Of a stretch of 60,000 nt of DNA, positions 1 to 60,000 are shown one piece after another; position 1 is the stretch's first letter, and every line of letters starts with the position of its first letter. The notes beneath the pieces are model-generated. The model did not search any database. It was not told the DNA's origin and saw only the letters and a program-made list of their open reading frames with translations. Position numbers and translations under genes: made by a program. Source of the DNA: Schmidtea polychroa (lineage: Eukaryota); assembly GCA_044892525.1 (NCBI GenBank), contig CM097885.1, positions 22,508,001-22,568,000 of the forward strand, in the 5' to 3' direction.

Positions 1-1230
1 GCTCCATGCTTCTGACAGCGCTTAGTAAGTTAGATTCCCCACCAGTTTCTTTTTCACAATGATCGACATTAGTTCACCATCTTTCGAGCCGATATGCGTT
101 TAAATCGACATTCCGGAAATTCTCCCAGGCCCGCCTAATTCTCAATTTGCGCGGGCCAGATTCACGAACCTTTTTCCTGTAGCTAAAATAATATTATGAT
201 TATAAAACACATTCCTCCAGGTAGTTATTCTCATCCAACAATCGCTTCGCCACCTCATCCAAGGCCCTTCCGCAAATTTCCTTGGACCTTCTTTGAACCA
301 GTCATATTTATTTTTGGGATATCGAATTTAAAGAAACAAGCATGAAAATTAGACTGGGTATAAATATTCCTGATGCAAATATTGCCAAAAATTTGAATTT
401 TATTTTTCTCGCATGGTAAGCCTGATTATCAGTGACCAAAAATTACATTATTAGAAGTCTTCAACTTTTAAATAACAATAGTCACAATATTTTATTACCA
501 AATCTTTCTTTTTGTTTAAACTAGAGCCAGTTAACCCTATGTATTTCATAGTTTAATTACTAGGTTACGAAAAGCGAAAAATAAATGTGGATTATTTTAT
601 CCCGTTTTAATAGGATACCATCATGCGTTTCAAACTCCGGAATATTGTTTATCAATTAAATTGATAAGCGTATTTTAATTAATTAATTTTTATTTCTTAA
701 ATAACGTTGTCTACATACTCCTTTGAATTAAAATGATTACATTTGTGACTATCTGTTTCCTGTTTCACATTAATTCATAGCGATTTTCCTCTGAGAAATA
801 ATGATTTTCGATTTTTTACATTTTTAATTAATTTTTTACAACTGAATTAGCTTTTTTGAATTTATTAGAACTTTGGTTTTTCATTGTTCTCCGCACGATA
901 TTTGTGCAGTTAAATTCCTATTCCTCGTCCCTCTTTACAATTCCAATAACCCTAGAAACCAATTAATAGAGGCCCTAGCGTTAATGCAACATATGTGATA
1001 ATGAAACAAACAATAAAAAGATATTAATTAAGATTAATGAAAAAATTAATTTTTTTGTTTATTAATTTAGATATATTTCTATATGTAAACTACACCAACT
1101 CAGAACTAAGTAAAAGGTGGTAATTATAACTTCACTTAGTCTTTGACAAAATGAGGTGGTAATAACCTTCAAGATTCTCATTGAAAAAATTATGACATTA
1201 ACATTACCAATGTAATTTTTGTTATTGCAG

Positions 1231-57638
<56,408 letters not shown>

Positions 57639-58016
57639 GTGAATGATTTATTCAAAAAAATTTAAAATTGTAAAATCTTTAAAATTTGTAATTTTGATAA
57701 AATTAAACATTTAATAATAAATAGAAAATATTTTTAATTTTCAAAGAGTGCTTTAAATTTTTTGTAATGAATATTGTTATTACTAAACATTTATTCAACC
57801 TCAAAAGCTTGTAATTTCATTTAATTATCAAATTTGAAACAATGAAAAATACAAATATTTAATTTTTATATTCTTAAAATTTTATTTTAAAATTAAAATT
57901 AAAAAGTTATAATATTGATTTGACAATAACAATATTTTAACCCTTCCCGTCCTTGTGCGTAAATATATATTTTTAATTAATTTTAATTATCCACTTATAA
58001 TATATGAAATATAATA

Positions 58017-58336
58017 CACTCATACCTCGCTTTACGGCCTAGATACGTTCCAGGAAAGTTGGCCGCAAAGCGAAACGCCGCATAACGAATCAAATATTTT
58101 GATATAATTTTTTGGAAGATACTCAATCTCCACATCTTCAGATAATTCGCATAAATTAACCGGATGTCCTGGAGCATTATCCAAAATTAGCAAAGCCTTG
58201 TCGCACCTTTTTTTCACACTTTTTTTGGCCGTATAACGAAACATTTTAGGCCGTAAATCGAAAAAGTGCCGTAATTAAAGTAGACCGTTATAGCGAAAAG
58301 CCGTATAAAGAGCAGCCGTATAGCGAGGTATGAGTG
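58017..58336 (-). mobile_element. Tigger/pogo-derived MITE
   Basis: TA|CACTCATACCTCGCTTTACGGC ... GCCGTATAGCGAGGTATGAGTG|TA; internal KALLILDNAPGHP..YLPKN fragment. Confidence 0.88.
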
Positions 58337-59799
58337 TATAAATGAAATGGCAAAAAATCAATAAAATCGAACAATGAAATTAGACAAGGTCGTTAGTAAT
58401 TAATAAGTACAAAAATTTCAAAAACAAAAGTAAAATTAAATTTTCATATCTCAACAGCCAGTAGAAGATAACGGATAAATCACAGTTGAAGTCGGAGAAA
58501 AAGAAAATAGCAGAATCAAGGGGGATTTTTTATTTCGACAGCTATCTGAGATAACTGAGAAATAAGTTGGAAAATTGGAGATTACTTGGAGAACGGAATT
58601 GGAAAAACGAAAACATTAGGCTGTTTTCTAGTGCCAGAAAATGACAACCTATAATAAACAGAAGCACAAATTGAATCAGACAAAAGTCGAGACTTAGAAT
58701 CTGAAACAAGAAGCAAAGAATTAGAATCAAAGAAGTTGAAAATTGAAATTAGAGAGAAATAAAATAAATGAAAATAAAAAAGGAAAGTAGTCTTCTCTCT
58801 TAAATGTATTCGAATAGTGTAGATCAAGTTAATAATAAAGAGTGTTAAAGCATCCAGGAAGAAGCGAGAAGGTAACCAAATCAAATTTAATAAGTTCAGC
58901 TGCGGAAGCTGAGTGGATGATTGTGCCCGCATCCATAAAATGGCACACCAGCAAATAGAACACCCCATACAGTAGCTTGCCTACTGTATTTTTCTTGCAT
59001 ATTGATTATACATTTGTTACTTTCATTAATAAATTTTTGACATTACTGAACTGGTTATTAAAGGTGCTATTCCTCACGAAGTGTTGCAATAACAATTAGT
59101 TTTCGAATTGAATAATTGGTGGCGTTGTAATTGTTCTAATTATTTTTGCTGATCAATAAATTTGTGTACTGTCTGGATTTCGTTCTTATTGTTACCAGAT
59201 AAAGCACGCTTCGAGTTAAATCAATAATTATTAATTTCACATTTCACCGACAACCCCGTTTAAAAAACAATCGATTTAAAATGGGATTTTTACAACCGAT
59301 AATCGGTTTGCCAAAAATTGATATTAACATCTTAGTAAAGAGGCAAGCCCAGGCAACCGAAATATGTCATTGGAAATTTTATTTTCTTTGCAAAATTTTA
59401 TCAAAAAAATATTTTACATACTCAGAATTAGTTTTAAATATATGTTGAGGTCTGTAAATTAAAATTAAAAATTTAAATAAAATTTAGGATAATAATTCAA
59501 ATGGAAAGTAAGCGAGGAAAAAAGGCAAATAAAAGCGGGATCGTGCACAGAATTAATAGTAAAGGAAAGTGCAATGGAAACAGTATTAGAAAATGCAAAA
59601 AGCAATTACGAAAGGCAAGAATCCGGAAATCCGAGAAAAATCAATAAATGGAAAAATCATCGAAATCGAATGGGAAAAACGGGACAGGTATAGATGGTCA
59701 ACAAGATGATGGTTAGGGATTTATCAGAAAAGGGTTAGGAAGGGTCGAAAAACATTCAAACGTATGAAAACAGAAAACGTTAATTAATTAATTAATTGG

Positions 59800-59870
59800 C
59801 TAATGGAAAACCCGAGCTAATGGGAAACCCGAGCCAATGGAGAACCCGAGAGATAAATGAAACCCGAGCT
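59800..59870. repeat. Short tandem repeat (AATGG..AACCCGAG) x4
   Basis: Four ~16-18 bp units. Confidence 0.6.
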
Positions 59871-60000
59871 GGGTAAACAAGAAGAAAGGCAAACAAAAGG
59901 AAGATTTGGGCCCATTAGCTTGACACAATGATTAATGGGAAAAGAGTAAGGAGAAGATAGCGCGCGTAGGAAGACCGGTAGGGCCATTAATTATCTGGAT

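Noticed and set aside
58380..60000. Purine-rich region with ORFs 58542 and 58582
   Set aside because: Low-complexity translations; probably another repeat cut by the window edge and not classifiable.

Overview
AT-rich animal genomic DNA. A multi-exon fibrillar collagen gene (TSPN/LamG N-propeptide plus Gly-X-Y exons, + strand, incomplete at both ends) runs through the whole window, and its introns are packed with mobile DNA: an intact Tigger/pogo element, nested hAT and mariner elements, piggyBac, MULE and Gypsy remnants, MITEs and an actin pseudogene. The main result is two complementary Polinton/Maverick-type elements in two large introns of this gene. (1) 16833-29824 is a ~13 kb near-perfect palindrome with AGTAGT termini and a direct 6-bp TSD (GTATAT). 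It encodes only two divergent copies of an intron-split protein-primed PolB around a 1.08-kb spacer. (2) 39089-54821 is a ~15.7 kb element with AGTAGT termini and a 6-bp TSD (TAGGGT). It encodes a packaging ATPase, RVE integrase, minor and major capsid, adenain-like protease, core-like proteins and a TBP-like protein, but no recognisable polymerase. The spacer of element 1 carries the termini of element 2. Several viral-type genes contain ~40-50 bp GT-AG introns, nearly all phase 1. All protein calls rest on motif recognition by eye, without database searches.
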